Notes: generated by a model not told the origin, from the letters alone. DNA of 64,000 bases from Candidatus Wallbacteria bacterium (GCA_016190005.1 JACPRK010000170.1:1877-65876), one strand, 5' to 3'; counted from the stretch's first letter, positions 43,859-54,498 are shown. Made by a program: numbers and translations.

Positions 43859-44722
43859 CTACTTCTTGAAGAGAATCACGTACTCGTGGCGGAAGATGTA
43901 GAAGCCGCCGTAGAGCGCGCGATAGCGCCATAGGTTCTCGACGTTACGCTTGGCGCGGTTGCCCGTCATGTTCTTCACGACCACGCTCTTGAGCGTCAGC
44001 CCCCTGGCCAGCGCCCGCTGCATCGTGTAGAAGCCGAGCGGAATCCACTGGCCGCCGTCGTACTTGTCGCCGATCACCAGCGCCAGGTAGCGATCCTCCT
44101 CGAGGAGATCGATCGTCTGCGCCAGCACCTCGTCGAACATCGACAGAAACTCCTCGGTGGAGGCGGCGTTGGACAGATCGCTCGTGTCGTCGCTGAACTT
44201 GATGATGTCGTGGTAGGGCGGGTGGAGCACGGCGCACTGGAAGTGCGTGCGGCCCAGCTCCTTGAGGAAGTTGAGCGCCCAGATCTTGGTGCGGCTCGAG
44301 CGGCAGTCTTCGTTGATGACTTTGATCGCCGACCCGTGCGGGTTGGCTTCTTGCGATAGTCTCGCCTTGGCCGCAGCCGCGACCGGTGCCTGGAGCTCCA
44401 CGCCGAGCGCGTGTCGCCCCATACGCTGCGCCTCGATGAGAGTCGTGCCGCTTCCCAGGAACGGGTCGAACACCGCCTCGCCCTTCTTGGTGTACCGCAT
44501 CATCACCTGGTGCGGGATCTGCGGCACGAAGTTCCCGTGGTAATCCCCACGGTGAACCCCCGTCGAATCCCGCTCGGGGATGATCCAGAGGCTGTCGGTG
44601 ACGATCTCCTCGTACTGTTTCCAGTTCTTCAGGTCCAGGTCGTTGACCTGGCTGCGACGCGGAGTCGGCGACGCGGGGGCGGCGGCGGATGCTGCCGCTG
44701 AAGCGGCCATGAGCCTCGACAT
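43859..44722 (-). CDS. SAM-dependent N-methyltransferase (DNA methylase N-4/N-6 or UPF0020/Trm11-like), no restriction partner nearby
   Basis: SLWIIPERD...HGNFVPQIPHQVMMRYTKKGEAVFDPFLGSGTTLIEA (motif I region), followed about 85 aa later by VLHPPYHD (motif IV-like xPPY). Visibly lower GC than its neighbours. The longest ORF extends to 44788. Confidence 0.65.
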   Translation of the reverse strand: MSRLMAASAAASAAAPASPTPRRSQVNDLDLKNWKQYEEIVTDSLWIIPERDSTGVHRGDYHGNFVPQIPHQVMMRYTKKGEAVFDPFLGSGTTLIEAQRMGRHALGVELQAPVAAAAKARLSQEANPHGSAIKVINEDCRSSRTKIWALNFLKELGRTHFQCAVLHPPYHDIIKFSDDTSDLSNAASTEEFLSMFDEVLAQTIDLLEEDRYLALVIGDKYDGGQWIPLGFYTMQRALARGLTLKSVVVKNMTGNRAKRNVENLWRYRALYGGFYIFRHEYVILFKK

Positions 44723-44887
44723 GTGCGGTGGTTCCTTTGCGGGTCTCGAACGGTGTCTGTTACCTGAGGTATCGTCCCGTTCGAACAAAAAGCGAAGGCA
44801 CCAGCGCGATTATGTATCCGACATGGCGATCCCCTCGATGCTACGATGGGTTCCGCGTCCGCCCCAGCGGCGGGAAAGGAACTCCGG

Positions 44888-45697
44888 ATGCGAGTGGCAC
44901 TCTTCCTGGCGCTCGGTGCGGGCCTGGCGGCGGCGGCCCCCGCCGCTGACTTCGACCGCGCTCACGGCCTCTTCGCTCAGGTGTTGAAGGCACACGTCCG
45001 CAGCGGGTTGGTGGACTACAAGGCGCTCGCCGCCGACCGGTCGCGCCTCGATTCCTACGTTGGTGCGCTCGGCGCTGTCGGCGCCTCGGAGCTGGCGGCG
45101 CTTGGCCGCGACGATCAGTTCGCCTTCTGGATCAACGCCTACAACGCGTTCACGTTGAAGGCGGTGGTCGATCGCTATCCGCTCGCGCCCAGCTCCCAGT
45201 ACCCGCGCGGCAGCATCCGGCAGATCCCGGGCGTCTGGGACCGCCTCACCTTCACAGCGGCCGGCAGGCCGTTCACGCTGAACGCCATCGAACACGAGAT
45301 TCTTCGGGCCCGCTTCCTCGACCCTCGGCTCCACGCCGCGATCAACTGCGCGTCGATCTCATGCCCCGAGCTGCGGAACGAACCCTACCTGGGCGATCGC
45401 CTCGAGACCCAGCTCACGGATGCCGCTCGCCAGTTCGCCGCCAGCCTCGCGCGCAACCGGATCGACCTGACGGCGAAGACCATTCATGCCTCCGAGATCT
45501 TCTCCTGGTTCTACCAGGACTTTCTGAAGGCCTACGCCCCGGGAGGGACGTTCGCCGGACTCTCCGGAAAGGACGCCGCCGCAGCGTCCTTCCTGGCCGG
45601 CTTCGGCCCCGCGGCCGCCGCGCAGGCCATCCGCTCGGGCGGTTTCCGGGTCCGGTTCCTGCCCTACGACTGGAACCTCAACGACACGCCGCGCTAG
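44888..45697 (+). CDS. DUF547 domain protein (secreted)
   Basis: Signal peptide, FWINAYNAFTLKAVVDRYP and LHAAINCASISCPELRNEPY are typical DUF547 blocks. Confidence 0.8.
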   Translation: MRVALFLALGAGLAAAAPAADFDRAHGLFAQVLKAHVRSGLVDYKALAADRSRLDSYVGALGAVGASELAALGRDDQFAFWINAYNAFTLKAVVDRYPLAPSSQYPRGSIRQIPGVWDRLTFTAAGRPFTLNAIEHEILRARFLDPRLHAAINCASISCPELRNEPYLGDRLETQLTDAARQFAASLARNRIDLTAKTIHASEIFSWFYQDFLKAYAPGGTFAGLSGKDAAAASFLAGFGPAAAAQAIRSGGFRVRFLPYDWNLNDTPR

Positions 45698-45706
45698 CTG
45701 CCGGCC

Positions 45707-46483
45707 TCAGCGCTTGAGGACCCAGACCTGCTCACCGGAGCCCGCGGTGAAGGGAGAGCGGTCGAACCCGCCGTGCAGCGATTCCACGGTGAAACCAGCC
45801 CGCGAGGCCAGGTGCTCGAACTCCCAGCGGTACGTCCAGCGCATCGAGAGCGGCACCACGTGCTGCTCCACGACCTTGCCCGCCGGGTCCAGCTCGTGGA
45901 ACATCATCTGGTTGTGGATCACCTGCTGACCCCAGTCGGGGACGGTCGCCGCGAACTGCAGCACGCGCCGGCCCGAAACCGGGTGCGTGAACGAGCCCTC
46001 GAGCAGCGGCTGGCCCGACTTGCGCGTCAGACGCTCCACATCGGCGTTGAAGATGTTGAGCGCCAGGCGGCCGCCGGGCAGCAAGTGCTCTCGCAGGTTG
46101 CCGAGCGCCGCCAGCTGGTCGGCCGGCTTGAGCATGTGCTGGAACACCCGGAACGGCAACAGGATCAGCCGGAACTTGCGCTCCAGCTTGAAGTTGCGCA
46201 TGTCGCCGACGTGCAGCTTGCAGTTGAAGCCCAGCTTCTTGGCCTTGGCGCGAAGCAGCTCGAGCATGCCCTCCGAGATGTCGAGCCCCCAGACGTCGAT
46301 GCCGGCTTTCTTGATCGCCAGCAGCACGCGGCCCGTGCCGCAGCCGACCTCCAGCACGCGCCCGCCGGCCTCCAGCGCCAGGTCCGTGTAGAAGAGCACG
46401 TCCTGCTTCAGATCGGGACGATCGGCGTGCTGGGCGTCGTAAGTCTGGTAGATGTAGGAGTACTGTCCGTAGATGGGCTGCAA
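45707..46483 (-). CDS. Class I SAM-dependent methyltransferase
   Basis: Motif I RVLEVGCGTGRVL, then DVWGLDISEGML. Proposed TTG start at 46483 with AGGAGG 9 nt upstream. The ORF-track start at 46717 would overlap the divergent ABC gene. Confidence 0.8.
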   Translation of the reverse strand: MQPIYGQYSYIYQTYDAQHADRPDLKQDVLFYTDLALEAGGRVLEVGCGTGRVLLAIKKAGIDVWGLDISEGMLELLRAKAKKLGFNCKLHVGDMRNFKLERKFRLILLPFRVFQHMLKPADQLAALGNLREHLLPGGRLALNIFNADVERLTRKSGQPLLEGSFTHPVSGRRVLQFAATVPDWGQQVIHNQMMFHELDPAGKVVEQHVVPLSMRWTYRWEFEHLASRAGFTVESLHGGFDRSPFTAGSGEQVWVLKR

Positions 46484-46553
46484 GCGGCATCCCCTCCTCG
46501 CGACTGAAGTATCCCTCACCCACGCGTCCCTCCACAAGCACCAAGGAGCTTCA

Positions 46554-47498
<945 letters not shown>

Positions 47499-47567
47499 CG
47501 GCAGTAGCGGAATTCGGCGGTCCGGGGCAAATTGATAAACAACGCCTTCGGGGGCTAGGAGAGATCG

Positions 47568-49085
47568 ATGCTCGACAACGCCGAATTCATCAGGAGCGTA
47601 CGCGGAGACAAGGACCTGCCGAGAGGCACGGTCCACGTGACCGGCTACGTGATGCTGGCAGCGCTCTGGTTCATGTACCACTTCGCGCGCTATCAGGCCG
47701 GCGAGGAGTTGGACAGGCTGGTCGGCCCGTACCTGCTCGGGCTGCTCGGGTTCCACTTCTTCGTCGCCGCGTTCGCCGGGCTGCTGGCAGGCGGCGCCTC
47801 CATCGCCCGCGACAAGGAAAACGGCACCCTCGACAGCCAGCGCATCACGGCCTTGACGCCGCTGGAGCTGGCCGCGGGCAAGCTCCTGGGCCTGACCGCC
47901 TCGACCCACTTCGTAAATCTTCTGGCATTGCCTTTCGCGCTGGGCGCTGCCGCGCTCGGCGGGTTCTCAGTCGGCCAGATCCTGGCCGTGTTCGCCATCC
48001 TCACGGGTACAACCTTCTTCTATTGCGCGCTCGGGCTGCTGATGTCGACGGGCGCCGCCAAGGGCGATAGCGGCTCGGGCAACGCCATGGTCGGCGGGCT
48101 CTTGCTCACCGGAGTGCTGGCAAGCTGCCCGGTGCCGGTGATCGAGGCGGCTACTCCGGTTCCGGCGCTCTTCCACCTGATGGGTACGGTGCGGCCCGCA
48201 GAACGCTATGCGCCGCCGCTCGCCGGCCTCGGCATCCCGATCGAGCTGCTCACGGTCCTCTTCTACGCGCTGGGGACCTGGGCCTGCCTCCTGGGCGTCA
48301 CCCGCTACCTGGCCCGGCCGGCCGCGCCGCCCTGGACGCGCAAGCAGCTCCTCACGGGCTACGCCGGTATGGTCACTCTGGCTGTGGGGTTCCTGCTCAG
48401 CTACCCGGTCGACGGCGCCGTGTCCCAGAAGGACCTGTTGCTGGGCGTGGCACTGTTCCAGAGTCTGATGATGGTCGCCCTCGTCGCCATCGGCGTGGCG
48501 CTGGTACCCGGCCGCGAGCGCACGGAGCAGGAGCTCTGGCGCGGCGCAGTCTCCGGCCGCGAGCAGCTTCTGGGCGAGTCGGGCTCGCCGCTGGCCTTCC
48601 TGGTCCTGCTGGCGGCCCTCTCCAACGCCGTCCCCCTGGCCGTCTGGGCCGCGCCCTGGCTCAACGCCGGTGCCTCGGCGGCCGAGCTCGGGCTCTTGCT
48701 GGTGGTCGGCAACGCACTCACCTTCCTGGCGCTGAAGTTTGCCTGCCGCACCCACGAGTGGATGACGCTGGTGGTTCCCGATTTCGCCAGGTTTCTCACC
48801 TTCTTCGCCATGATGACGATCGCGATGGGGCCGCTGGCCGTCGCCATGGCCACGACCGAAAACGTGGAGCACTTCCTGCCCCTGCTCATGGTCGGCAATC
48901 CCCCCTTCGTCCTCATCAACCTGGTCAATCCCGTCCGCCCCAGCGCGGACCCGTCGGGCCTGGCGATGCTCTCCATCCTCCTCGCCAGCGTCCTGGCCCT
49001 CTCCTCCTGCTACCTCGCCACCCGCCGCCGCGCCACCCTCGCCGCCCAGATCGCCGCCAAGAAAGCCTCCCTCGGCGTCGACTGA
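47568..49085 (+). CDS. ABC-2-type transporter permease-like membrane protein
   Basis: 505 aa, many TM helices. ARDKENGTLDSQRITALTPLELAAGKLLG resembles the ABC-2 permease E-x-GT-L-E/P motif block. Confidence 0.7.
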   Translation: MLDNAEFIRSVRGDKDLPRGTVHVTGYVMLAALWFMYHFARYQAGEELDRLVGPYLLGLLGFHFFVAAFAGLLAGGASIARDKENGTLDSQRITALTPLELAAGKLLGLTASTHFVNLLALPFALGAAALGGFSVGQILAVFAILTGTTFFYCALGLLMSTGAAKGDSGSGNAMVGGLLLTGVLASCPVPVIEAATPVPALFHLMGTVRPAERYAPPLAGLGIPIELLTVLFYALGTWACLLGVTRYLARPAAPPWTRKQLLTGYAGMVTLAVGFLLSYPVDGAVSQKDLLLGVALFQSLMMVALVAIGVALVPGRERTEQELWRGAVSGREQLLGESGSPLAFLVLLAALSNAVPLAVWAAPWLNAGASAAELGLLLVVGNALTFLALKFACRTHEWMTLVVPDFARFLTFFAMMTIAMGPLAVAMATTENVEHFLPLLMVGNPPFVLINLVNPVRPSADPSGLAMLSILLASVLALSSCYLATRRRATLAAQIAAKKASLGVD

Positions 49086-49117
49086 AAACCCGTGGCGTCT
49101 ACCCGTACCGGGTTTTT
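49085..49117. terminator. Hairpin AAAACCCG...CGGGTTTTT between convergent genes; candidate bidirectional terminator
   Basis: 8-bp stem (49085..49092 with 49109..49116) and 16-nt loop, with A-run and T-run flanks. Lies between the permease stop (49085) and the nfi stop (49124). Confidence 0.35.
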
Positions 49118-49123
49118 CGGCCC

Positions 49124-49846
49124 TCACGGGCCGTTCACGCGGGTGGCGGGGCTTTCGCCGCGGCGGGCCCGGTTGGCCAGGCGGTGCGCTTCGCGCTGGG
49201 GGATCGGCAGCCGGTAGGGCCCCAGCAGCAGCCGCACCCACTCCAGCGCCAGCTCCGCGGACACGCGGTGGCCCGGGCTGACCCAAAGCGGCTTGCAGCC
49301 CGCGCGGCCACGCACGACGTAGCCAATCCGCTCGCCGGCGTCCAGCATAGGTACGGCCGCGCCGGCCGTATCGCCGAGCGGGTCGCCCGGCTCGCCGACG
49401 AGCCGGCTCTTGGCACAGCCGATCGTGGGCAAGTCGAGCTCCAACCCGAGGTGACAGGCGAGCCCGAACCGCCTGGGATGGGCCAGCCCCTGCCCATCCA
49501 CGATCGCCAGGTCGGGCCACCGGGAAAGCCGCTCGAAGGCAGAGACGAGCGGCGGCACCTCCCGGAACCCGAGCAATCCCGTCCGGTACGGAAACGGGTC
49601 TTCGCAGACGACCGACGCCGAATCGACCAGCTCCAACCCCGGCCAGGCGAAGACGACGACCGAGGCCCAGACCGTCGGCGCGTACGGACCGGCCGAGAGG
49701 TCCGTCCCCGCGACGAGCCGGACCGGCCCCAGCCGGTCCTGGAGCACCACGCGTGCGGCCAGCTCCTCTTGCTTGCGCCGCAGCGCCGCAAAGTCGACCT
49801 GAGCGGTGGGAGCGCCGCCAGGGTCGCAGAAATCGCGCCGCATCAT
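49124..49846 (-). CDS. nfi: Endonuclease V
   Basis: VAGTDLS...FPYRTGLLGFREVPPLVSAFERL...PDLAIVDGQGLAHPRRFGLACHLGLELDLPTIGCAKSRL matches the Nfi pattern. The ATG overlaps the upstream stop (ATGA). Confidence 0.85.
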   Translation of the reverse strand: MMRRDFCDPGGAPTAQVDFAALRRKQEELAARVVLQDRLGPVRLVAGTDLSAGPYAPTVWASVVVFAWPGLELVDSASVVCEDPFPYRTGLLGFREVPPLVSAFERLSRWPDLAIVDGQGLAHPRRFGLACHLGLELDLPTIGCAKSRLVGEPGDPLGDTAGAAVPMLDAGERIGYVVRGRAGCKPLWVSPGHRVSAELALEWVRLLLGPYRLPIPQREAHRLANRARRGESPATRVNGP

Positions 49847-51570
49847 CCGGAGGCCACGCTCCCCGAGAGCCTCACGCACAGGGTCGGGTCGCAGGGGACG
49901 ACGAGAGTCTGGAAAGTGCGCAAGGTCACGAGACCCGCAGGAGCACCGGGAGGCTTTTTGACGTTTTCGGCCAGGGTGTAGGCGACGGTCGCCTTGGCAG
50001 CGTAGCGCTGCGGACTGAAGTGGGCGGCGATCTGGGCGGCCTCGGTGAGGGTGGCGGCGGGGCAGCCGGCGCCGGCCAGCTTCACGACGACGTGGGCGCC
50101 GGCGGTCTCGTGAGCGTGCAACCAGAGATCGCCGCGGCGGGCGACACGGGTCGAGAGCGCGTCGTTCTCGCGGGCACTGCGGCCGGCCAGAATGCGCAGA
50201 CCGTCGGAGGAACGAAACTCTCGGAAGCGCGGCTTTTCCTTGCGGCGGTCTCGCGCGGGGGAAGAGTCGCCGCCGTCCTGCAGCCCCGTGGCCTGCAGCC
50301 GGGTCTCGAGCTCGCGGAGCGCGATGAGTGGCGCCGGCGATAAAGCGACTCGATGGAGCTCTCGAGTCCATTGCTCCAGGCGCTCGAGCTCGGCGCGGCA
50401 CTCCGCTTCGGCCTGACGGGCCGCGGGCGCCGTGCGGCGCAGCCGGCGGGCCCGGTTGAAGAGCGCCGCCGCGTTCGCGGCCATCGTGTGGCCCGGCCGC
50501 AGAGGGATCTCTATCGTCGGCGCCTCGGGGGCGAACAGGTCGGGCAGCGGAACCGACGTGGCGTACGGGCCTACTGCGCCAGGGTTGGCCTGCAGCAGGT
50601 GTCCCCAGCGCTCCAGCCGATCGGCCTCGCCAGCCCGTTCCTGATCCTCGAGCGCGCGCTCCAGACGCTGCCCCAGACGCGCGCGTCGTCGCTCGAGCGC
50701 CGAGAGCATCCGATCTCGGAGCCTGTCGGCCAGCTGCGCCTGCACGCCCTCGCCCAGCAGCTTCTCGACGGCCGCCGACGGCGACGAGAGCAGCTCGCAC
50801 CCAGGTGGCAGCGGGGCTGCCGGCATCCAGGGAAAGACAGCCGCGTCCTGAGGGCCGCGATAGGCGACCGCCCCGACACCCAGCTCCACCGACGCGCGCA
50901 CCACTGCCAGCGCCGTCCAGGCTGCGTCTACGCCGCCCGACTGAGCGCGCTCGAGCAGCAGCTTCGCCAGCCCGCGCCCGGCACCGTCGAAGGCGTTGAC
51001 AATCGGCTTGGGGTTTCCGCGCGCGAGCGCCTCGGAGGCGGCCCGTTCGACCGATTCGCGATCGGCCTCGAGCACGCTGGGCTTCGACGGCTGGGGCGGC
51101 AGCACGTAGATTCCGCCCTGGAGCCGCTCCACTTGCTGGTAGTGCCGGCAGGCGCCCAGAATCCGTCCGTCGGCGTTCAGGAGATATGCATTGGGCACGT
51201 GGCCAAAGAGCTCGATGACCAGGGTGTAGGCCGCGGGCTCTCCCTCCCAGGCGGCCGTCAAGGCGAGCTCGAGTATGCGCTCGAGCCCAGGCTGGCGAAC
51301 CCCTCGGACTCGGGCGCCGCCCAGGTACTTGCGCAGCAGTGAGCAGAAGGCTGGCGGGACCGGTGGGTTCTTCGACTCCCGGCGCGTCAGGGCCACGTGC
51401 CCCAGGGTGCGGTCGAGGCAGATCGCGAGGCTGCAATCCCCGGGCGCCGGATAGAGGCGCAGCAGGATCGTGTCCGGCTCGGGCTGGTGGATCTTCTCCA
51501 GCCGCACACCGTCGAGCCGACGGTCCAGCTCCTGGGCCAGCGCCCGGACAACCAGCGAATCGATCAGCAC
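49843..51570 (-). CDS. rqcH: NFACT/FbpA family protein (RqcH-like ribosome quality control factor) with C-terminal DUF814
   Basis: N-terminus (GTG) LIDSLVVRALAQELDRRLDGVRLEKIHQPEPDTILLRLY. C-terminal FRSSDGLRILAGRSARENDAL...DLWLHAHETAGAHVVVK is DUF814-like. Confidence 0.8.
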   Translation of the reverse strand: MLIDSLVVRALAQELDRRLDGVRLEKIHQPEPDTILLRLYPAPGDCSLAICLDRTLGHVALTRRESKNPPVPPAFCSLLRKYLGGARVRGVRQPGLERILELALTAAWEGEPAAYTLVIELFGHVPNAYLLNADGRILGACRHYQQVERLQGGIYVLPPQPSKPSVLEADRESVERAASEALARGNPKPIVNAFDGAGRGLAKLLLERAQSGGVDAAWTALAVVRASVELGVGAVAYRGPQDAAVFPWMPAAPLPPGCELLSSPSAAVEKLLGEGVQAQLADRLRDRMLSALERRRARLGQRLERALEDQERAGEADRLERWGHLLQANPGAVGPYATSVPLPDLFAPEAPTIEIPLRPGHTMAANAAALFNRARRLRRTAPAARQAEAECRAELERLEQWTRELHRVALSPAPLIALRELETRLQATGLQDGGDSSPARDRRKEKPRFREFRSSDGLRILAGRSARENDALSTRVARRGDLWLHAHETAGAHVVVKLAGAGCPAATLTEAAQIAAHFSPQRYAAKATVAYTLAENVKKPPGAPAGLVTLRTFQTLVVPCDPTLCVRLSGSVASG

Positions 51571-51901
51571 AGCAAATGTAGAGCGGCAACTCCGGGCGAA
51601 GCGTTCGTCGACACGCCCAGGATGAGCGGCCTTCGGAGGGGCGGACACGCGCGAGCGCGTCCGCCGGCAGGCGCAGACCGAGCGAGCTTCGCACCGGATC
51701 CGGGGACCGGCGTCGGCGACCGCCGGCGCCATACTACCTCAGCGGCCGAGGAGCGCCGGAAAGTGCGCTGCTCATACGCGCCGCAAACCGACCCCCAACC
51801 CGCTAGATGTCGATGGATTCTGCCTTCCCTGGTGGGACAGCAGTCCGGGGCGAATGGGGCGATAGTCGGTCGCCCGACGGCGTCCCCGACTCGAGTGGTC
51901 T

Positions 51902-53047
51902 TTAGAGGATTCCCTCGCCGGCAGCATAGACGTGCAATGGTACGGCCTCCACTCTGTCGCCGAGCGGGAAGCGTTTTGCGCCGGGATAGACGACCACGAC
52001 CCGTTCTAGATCGAGATCCTCTAGCGCAATTCGGATCGAGCGCGTAAGCCGCGGCGCGTCGGCTCGCTTGCACTCGACGCCCAGCAGTCGGTCACCACGG
52101 CGCAAGACCAAGTCCAGTTCGGCGCCCTGATGTGTGGCCCAGAAACAGGCCTCGTCATGTGGCTCCACGGCGAGGATCTGCTCGATGGCGAATCCCTCCC
52201 ATGAGGCACCCGACTTGGGATGATTGAGCAATGCGCTCTCGCTTTGCAGCCCGAGGAGCTGGTGGAGCAATCCACTGTCGCGAACATAGAGTTTGGGTGA
52301 CTTGACCTGTCGCTTGCTCAGATTGGCGTGCCAGGGCTGGAGCTGGCGGACCACCAGAGCGTCCGTCAACAAGTCGAGGTATCGTCGGGTCGTGGCGGGA
52401 TTCACTCCCATTGCCCTGGCCGGCTCCGAGGCGTTCCAGATCTGACCATGGTAGTGCGCGATCATCGTCCAGAAGCGGAGCAAAGCCTTGGCCGGCACGC
52501 GGACTCCCCACTGGGGCAAGTCTCGTTCGAGGAGTGTCAGGATGAACTGCTTGCGCCAGGACACGCTGTCGAAATCCGTGCCCGCCAGGAAGGAGCTCGG
52601 GAACCCCCCTCGCCGCCACAAGTCGTGCAGCGACGTTGCTCCGAGCTCGGCAAGCGTGAACCCTCCGAGCTCCACTTGCTCAATCCGCCCGGCCAGGCTC
52701 TCCGATCCTTGCCGCCTCAGCTCGCCCGAGGCACTTCCCAGGATCAAGAAGCTTGCTGGATTTGGCCGCCGATCGGCCAGAACGCGCAGCACCGGAAAGA
52801 GCTCCGGCCTACGTTGAATCTCGTCGATAACGACCAGGCCTCGCAGCGGCTCGAGGGCAGTCCTGGGCTCGTCCAGGCGGCCAAGGCTCGCCGGATCTTC
52901 GAGATCGAAGTACCCGACGGAATCCGGCGTCAGTAGCTCTCGGGCGAGCGTTGTCTTGCCGCACTGCCTAGGTCCCGTGAGCAGCACCACGGGGGCCCGC
53001 GTCAGGGCAGTCCTCACTCGGTCGAGGATGCGACTGCGAGCAATCAC
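51902..53047 (-). CDS. AAA family ATPase with DUF4143 domain
   Basis: LLTGPRQCGKTTLA (Walker A), VVIDEIQR (Walker B), C-terminal ...VECKRADAP... . Noticeably lower GC than the flanks. Confidence 0.85.
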   Translation of the reverse strand: MIARSRILDRVRTALTRAPVVLLTGPRQCGKTTLARELLTPDSVGYFDLEDPASLGRLDEPRTALEPLRGLVVIDEIQRRPELFPVLRVLADRRPNPASFLILGSASGELRRQGSESLAGRIEQVELGGFTLAELGATSLHDLWRRGGFPSSFLAGTDFDSVSWRKQFILTLLERDLPQWGVRVPAKALLRFWTMIAHYHGQIWNASEPARAMGVNPATTRRYLDLLTDALVVRQLQPWHANLSKRQVKSPKLYVRDSGLLHQLLGLQSESALLNHPKSGASWEGFAIEQILAVEPHDEACFWATHQGAELDLVLRRGDRLLGVECKRADAPRLTRSIRIALEDLDLERVVVVYPGAKRFPLGDRVEAVPLHVYAAGEGIL

Positions 53048-53215
53048 CTGCAGATCCTACCACGAAACTTATGCTAGCACCGCGGGATTTTCGTGGTTAT
53101 TTGTTGGCGCGAGCAGCTGCGACAAAACGCTCGCTGGCGCTTTTCGCGAGTACGGCGAGGTCGTGGTATGGCTCGTGAGGTAGCTCTGGGAGCAGCTCGG
53201 GAGAGCCCGACTGGC

Positions 53216-53815
53216 TCAGTGAGTGGTCGCTGCGCTCGAAGCTGCGGAAGCGGGCTCCGACTTCTCGGGAGCGGCGGACGCGGTGGATGCCGTCGTGGCC
53301 GGGGCGGCAGGAGCAGATTCCGGTGTCGCAGACGCCGGCGATGGCGCGGCGGCAGGGGCCGAGGGCTCGGGGGCACTGGGCGCGGCTGCCGGCTCGGCGG
53401 GCGTAGCGGCAGGCGCCTCGCCGCCGTGCGTGGGTGCGCCGGCCGCAGTGGTCGCGGGAGCGGCGCCCGACTGCAGCGGCGTGAGGTGAGTGCGCTCGAA
53501 GGGCCGGCCGAAGAGCGGCACCAGCTCATCGGGCCTGCCGACGTCGGTGATGGTGCCGCCGACCAGCACGCCGACGAGCACGATGGGCACGGCGCAGACC
53601 AGATAGAGCAGCCACCCCTCGAACTTGAGGTGCATGTACCAGAGCGCCACCAGCCCCGCCTTGGTGAAAGCCAGAACGACCAGCCAGAGCACGACGTTCG
53701 AGCGGCCGAGCTGCTGGGTCATCTGCGCCACGCCCAGCTCCGCCAGCGTCAGAACGATGAGGGCCACAAACACGGCCATGTAGTTGGGTTCTTCGTAGGT
53801 ATGGGTCGACTCCAT
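53216..53815 (-). CDS. Cytochrome c oxidase subunit IV-like protein with a long A/P-rich C-terminal tail
   Basis: The first ~100 aa form three TM helices in the bacterial COX IV pattern (YMAVFVALIVLTLAELG..., LWYMHLKFE). A tail of about 90 aa rich in A, P, T and S follows. Confidence 0.7.
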   Translation of the reverse strand: MESTHTYEEPNYMAVFVALIVLTLAELGVAQMTQQLGRSNVVLWLVVLAFTKAGLVALWYMHLKFEGWLLYLVCAVPIVLVGVLVGGTITDVGRPDELVPLFGRPFERTHLTPLQSGAAPATTAAGAPTHGGEAPAATPAEPAAAPSAPEPSAPAAAPSPASATPESAPAAPATTASTASAAPEKSEPASAASSAATTH

Positions 53816-53837
53816 CGGTCGAGTCCTTTCGGTCGGG

Positions 53838-54473
53838 TCAGACGAGGTAGACGATGGTGAAGAGGATGATCCAGACCAGGTCGACGAAGTGCCAGTAGAG
53901 GCCGGCCAGCTCGATCGGCATGTAGTTGCGGGAGCCGAACCGTCCCTGGAGGGCGCCGAGCAAGATGATGCCGAGCCAGATAACGCCGCCGGTGACGTGG
54001 GCGCCGTGGAACCCGGTCATCGTGTAGAAGGTGCTCCCGAAGATGTCCGACCAGGGCAGGAACCCGTTCGTGTAAGGGCCGTGGGCGTGGTGCGAGAGGC
54101 TGTAGTACTCGTAGGCCTGGATCGAGAGGAACACGCAGCCCAGCCCCACGGTGGCGCCCAGGAACTTGCGGATTCCGGCCTGGTCGTCGCGGTGAGCAGC
54201 CGACAGTGCCTTCACCATCGTCACGCTGCTGCAGATGAGGAGAAAGGTATTGAAGCCCGTGAGCGGGATGTTGAGCGTCTCGGACGGGACCGGCCACCGC
54301 GCCGTGCCGAACCTGAGCACGATATAGGAGCCGATCAGCCCCGCGAAGAACATCACCTCAGAGGCGAGGAAAATCCAGATCCCGAGCTTCCCGTCCGGAA
54401 CGCCCGTGCCCGCCGTCGCGTGTGCGTGGCCAGGCGCCAGACCTACGTCCTCCATCGTCGCGTCGTGTGACAA
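53838..54473 (-). CDS. ctaE: Cytochrome c oxidase subunit III
   Basis: WIFLASEVMFFAGLIGSYIVLR...TGFHGAHVTGGVIWL...LYWHFVDLVWIILFTIVYL. Confidence 0.9.
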   Translation of the reverse strand: MSHDATMEDVGLAPGHAHATAGTGVPDGKLGIWIFLASEVMFFAGLIGSYIVLRFGTARWPVPSETLNIPLTGFNTFLLICSSVTMVKALSAAHRDDQAGIRKFLGATVGLGCVFLSIQAYEYYSLSHHAHGPYTNGFLPWSDIFGSTFYTMTGFHGAHVTGGVIWLGIILLGALQGRFGSRNYMPIELAGLYWHFVDLVWIILFTIVYLV

Positions 54474-54498
54474 GACCTCGTCTCCTTTCGTTCCTGCC

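Noticed and set aside
44740-44790. Possible tRNA fragment (GTTCGAA-like T-loop sequence)
   Set aside because: No acceptor stem, D-arm or anticodon arm could be built around it. I found no tRNA or rRNA-like structure anywhere in the window.
45732-46544. 270-aa minus-strand ORF whose ATG sits directly behind a strong GAGGAGGGG
   Set aside because: The translation is R/A/G/P-rich. The overlapping frame encodes a clean class I SAM methyltransferase (VLEVGCGTG) and can use the same ribosome-binding site with a TTG start at 46483.
49847-51694. Upstream 600 codons of the 856-aa ORF 49124..51694
   Set aside because: Only the last 240 codons (from the ATG at 49846) look like endonuclease V. The upstream part is R/P/A-rich and overlaps the RqcH-like gene, which has clear NFACT-N and DUF814 motifs in another frame.
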